Notes under the pieces: generated by a model
The model's database searches: none
What the model was told of the DNA's origin: nothing
Seen by the model: the letters and a program-made list of their open reading frames with translations, nothing else
Source of the DNA: Macrostomum hystrix
Taxonomy: Eukaryota > Animalia > Platyhelminthes
Length of the DNA: 64,000 nucleotides
Direction: 5' to 3'
Assembly: GCA_950097015.1 (NCBI GenBank)
Contig: CATNEN010000014.1
Location: 1,178,001 to 1,242,000, forward strand
Shown here: piece after piece, positions 60,801 through 64,000 of the stretch
Layout of the letters: the number at the start of each line of letters is the position of its first letter
Numbering within the stretch: the stretch's first letter is position 1
Position numbers and translations under genes: made by a program

Positions 60801-63795
60801 ATTCCCGCTCTCACCCTGACATTCCCGCTCTCACCCTGACATTCCCGCTCTCACCCTGACATTCCCGCTCTCACCCTGACATTCCAGCTCTCACCCTGAC
60901 ATTCCCGCTCTCACCCTGACATTCCCGCTCTCACCCTGACATTCCCGCTCTCACCCTGACATTCCCGCTCTCACCCTGACCTTCGCGCTCTCCTCCCTGA
61001 CCTTGCCGTTCTCCCTGACCCTCCCACTCTCAATGCGGCGGGGACCTACCCTGCTGCATGAGCGAGCCAACGGTGAACCAGAGGCTGTTGAGCATGGAGA
61101 ATTGGTTTTCCACCTGCTCAGTGTCCGAGCTGCACGGGTTCGGATTGTACCACTCGTAGGGCGAAAGCTGGGCCACTACGAACAGCACGAAGCTGACGAA
61201 CACATAAGCTGCCAGCACCGAGCTCCACACCTTTTTAATAAAAAAATGTCGATGCTCTAGTATTTCTACTGTCAGTAGACTGTGTCTTTTTGGGTGAAAA
61301 GCTTAAATTTGTTCCTCACCGTTGGCGACAGGGGCGATAGGAAGGAAAACAGGTGCGGTTTAGTCTTGACAGGCTTCTTAAACAGAATGCTCAGGCCGAG
61401 TGACATGTACGGCGTGGTAAAATCGATAACTCGCTCCCTCTCATAGGTGATGGTCAGCGGCGCCACGGCCAGGTCCGCTTTCTAAAAAAATTATTATGTA
61501 AGGTTAGTATGGAGTGAGGTTATGCGGAGAGGTGTTTGTGCGGAGTGAGGTTGGTGCGGAGTAAGGTTGGTGCGGAGTGAGGTTGGTGCGGAGTGAAGTT
61601 GGTGCGGAATAAGGTTGGTGCGGAGTGAGGTTGGTGCGGAGTGAGGTTGGTGCGGAGTGAAGTTGGTGCGGAGTGAGGTTCGTGCGGAGTGAGGTTGGTG
61701 CGGAGTGAGGTTGGTGCGGAGTGAGGTTGGTGCGGAGTGAAGTTGGTGCGGAGTGAGGTTCGTGCGGAGTGAGGTTGGTGCGGAGTGAGGTTGGTGCGGA
61801 GTGAGGTTGGTGCGGAGTGAGGTTGGTGCGGAGTGAGGTTGGTTCGGGGTGGGGTTACACCTTATTTATGAGCTCGCCAATCATGCCGTTCCAGATCTCG
61901 TTGCCTTCGCTGTCGTTGCTGACTTTGGCTCCGTAGTTACCATCCCCGACAAGCCGGACGGTGAAGTTGAAGCCGGCCTCCTGGGCGATGAGGTTCAGCA
62001 TCTGGATGCAGAAGCCATCTAGCTTGGGCGGATTGTTGGTGTCATTTTTGTTTTTCACCTTCACAAACGGTGGATCCTGGATTTGATTGGTTGGCAACAT
62101 TTAGCTTTACAGAGTGGAACTCAAAGCAATGAGTACAGACAAGACCTCGCTGACCTCCACGGTGGTGACGCGCAGGGTTTTGTTCTGTAACTTCTTGTGT
62201 ACCTCCTCCAGCGGCTCCTTGAATGTCCGGCTGATGTTGAACCCGCTGCTCCGATCCCAGCTGCCGAGCTGAGAAGCAACCAAGAGAGAGACGCGGTCAG
62301 GATGGACTTTTGTCAGAACTTTTCTGAATCAGCGCCGTGCACAAGCATACCAGTATGGAACATGCTCCTCACCATCCTGAAGCCCACAGACGTGAGCTCG
62401 TAGGCCTTCAGGCTGAAGTTCACCCGCTTCCAGTCGGCGTCAAACTTCACCGGTCCCGTCAGCGTCTGCGATGAGATGTCCTCCGGGACCTTCAACGGAG
62501 CATTTGCGAGCAAGTATTTCAATTAACAGCAGAAAGCCCACGGGGAGAAGGTTAGCGTGGTCTTCCCCAGCGGGAAGGTTAGCGTGGTCTTCCTTCTCTT
62601 AAATGTCGAGCAGAATGGCAAGATGGTCAAGGGGAATGAAGCAAAAAGCTACTCACCGATCGCATGAAGTTAAGCAGGCTGGCGCCGTTCTGCCAGAAGC
62701 GCTGACCTGAGCCGCAGGTCATCGGCTGCGGCTCCACCGGCTGCGCCCGGTTGGTGAAGTGGATGCCGTTGGCCAGCAGCACGATGCTGTCGAACACGAT
62801 GGCTGCAGACATCTGCGGGTTGACGGATGCGCTGAAATACATCCGCGGAAGCCCAAAATCTGCGGGCACCACCAGAATCTGCCCAAAATCTACCACCAGA
62901 ATATGCCCAAAATCGATCACCAGAATCTGCCCAAAATCCACCACCAGAATCTGCCTAAAATCCACCACCAGAATCTGCCTAAAATCCACCACCAGAATCT
63001 GCCCAAAATCCACCACCAGAATCTGCCTAAAATCCACCACCAGAATCTGCCTAAAATCCACCACCAGAATCTGCCCAAAATCCGCCACCAGAATCTGCCC
63101 GAGCACAATCACTTGAATCTGCCCAATAATAATAATTGCAGGAGAGCTGCGGGCAGTGGCGCACCATTTAGTGACACTGGACCCGCAGCCAGCGAGGAGG
63201 CAATTCTGCCCATTTCGCTGACTCCTGAGCACAAACGCACACAGATACTGTACGCAGGCACACACTCACACAGGTGTGTACATCTGCTCTGACTTTCTCA
63301 TCGTCAGGCAGTGTACACTCTCACTGTGCCTTGGAGGTTGGCCCTCTAGGGCTCAAATTGCACGACAAGCCCCCAAGCCTTCTCTCCGCGGCTGCGCCCC
63401 AAATGAATGTGGCCTCGCCGTGGAATCGAACTTAGGGACCGTGGTGCGAGAGGCAAACGCGATAACCGCTCTGCCACCGACCCCCCTGAATCTGCCCAAA
63501 TGCTTGATCAGAATCTCCCCAAATCCATCATTGGAATCTGCTCAATCATATGGTTTAAATTCGACCAATTCAACTCCAAACGTGTTTAAGTCACTCTCAC
63601 CGGCAGCATGTTCTCCAGCAGGCCACGGTACTGTGCCTTCTGGGTCTCGATGTTGAAGATCTCGGAGCGCATTCGCTCCACGGATCGGCCGCGGTCATAG
63701 TGCCCGGTCCGCGGCACCAGCGGCAGCATGGAAATTGCCGTGAAGTTGGCCGTTCGAACCACCTGGAAGTCTGACAGATCCAGTCGCTGCACGTC
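57873..63795 (-). CDS. Kainate-type (non-NMDA) ionotropic glutamate receptor, 5' part beyond the window
   Basis: In-frame exons 63795-63601, 62812-62657, 62465-62373, 62268-62155, 62076-61861, 61481-61320, 61230-61050, 60450-60233, 59682-59457, 58679-58408 and 58202-57873. Motifs [70 protein letters not shown] and [15 protein letters not shown]-type sequence lies upstream of S1. Confidence 0.95.
58830..59410. repeat. 28-bp purine-rich intronic minisatellite (GGGAGAAATGAGAGGATGGGAAGAAGAT)
   Basis: About 20 copies in a kainate-type iGluR intron. Confidence 0.93.
59765..60125. repeat. Degenerate pyrimidine-rich intronic repeat (TCTCTTCCCAATCC)
   Basis: Imperfect low-complexity tandem units. 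Confidence 0.8.
60590..60985. repeat. 20-bp intronic minisatellite (ATTCCCGCTCTCACCCTGAC)
   Basis: About 19 copies in the intron after the Q/R-site exon. Confidence 0.94.
61510..61850. repeat. 16-bp intronic minisatellite (GGAGTGAGGTTGGTGC)
   Basis: About 20 copies. Confidence 0.93.
62872..63105. repeat. 24-bp intronic minisatellite (CCACCAGAATCTGCCCAAAATCCA)
   Basis: About 10 copies. Confidence 0.92.
63125..63481 (-). mobile_element. tRNA-derived SINE, copy 2
   Basis: Minus strand reads GTCGGTGGCAGAGCGGTTA (A box) ... GTTCGATTCC (B box) ... CTGCAATTATTATTATT tail. Colinear with 53811-54166. Confidence 0.8.
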
Positions 63796-63828
63796 CTAAA
63801 AAGTTATTAAAATCATTGGACCTCGTGA

Positions 63829-64000
63829 ACTCGGGACCTCGTGAACTCGGGACCTCGTGAACTCGGGACCTCGTGAACTCGGGACCTCGTGAACTCGGGA
63901 CCTCGTGAACTCGGGACCTCGTGAACTCGGGACCTCGTGAACTCGGGACCTCGTGAACTCGGGACCTCGTGAACTCGGGACCTCGTGAACTCGGGACCTC
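63829..64000. repeat. 16-bp intronic minisatellite (GGACCTCGTGAACTCG), runs off the window
   Basis: More than 10 perfect copies. Confidence 0.95.

Noticed and set aside
60451-61060. Editing-complementary sequence for the Q/R site of the kainate-type receptor
   Set aside because: No sequence complementary to the ATGCAGCAG exon end is visible in the following intron.

Overview
This is eukaryotic (animal) genomic DNA: GC-rich exons, short GT-AG introns, and many introns and intergenic spaces filled with minisatellites. That architecture resembles a free-living flatworm such as Macrostomum (inference only). Gene models I spliced by hand: EndoU ribonuclease (+), a 164-aa Cys/His-repeat protein (-), an 84-aa secreted defensin-like peptide (-), a DEG/ENaC channel (-), an ependymin-related protein (-), Fez-family zinc finger (+), an intron-containing DUF6314-like gene (-), a Crk-type SH2-SH3-SH3 adaptor (-), and two tandem ionotropic glutamate receptor genes (-). 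One receptor is a canonical kainate-type gene running off the right edge. The other is complete, lacks the amino-terminal domain, and has a degenerate gating motif. Mobile DNA: a 5'-truncated RT-RNaseH non-LTR retrotransposon with a 12-bp TSD, a frameshifted mariner, two MITEs with 9-bp and 8-bp TSDs, two copies of a tRNA-derived SINE, and an unclassified 3-copy repeat. About 25 tandem arrays are present, the largest a 5.8-kb 31-mer. There is no CRISPR array or prokaryotic system, and most ORF-track entries are repeat or antisense artefacts. The best leads are the ATD-less iGluR, the Cys/His-repeat protein, a perfect 42-bp antisense copy of a Crk SH2 exon inside a downstream intron, minisatellites built from splice junctions, the DUF6314 gene and the defensin-like peptide. 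No database searches were run; family calls come from recognised motifs.
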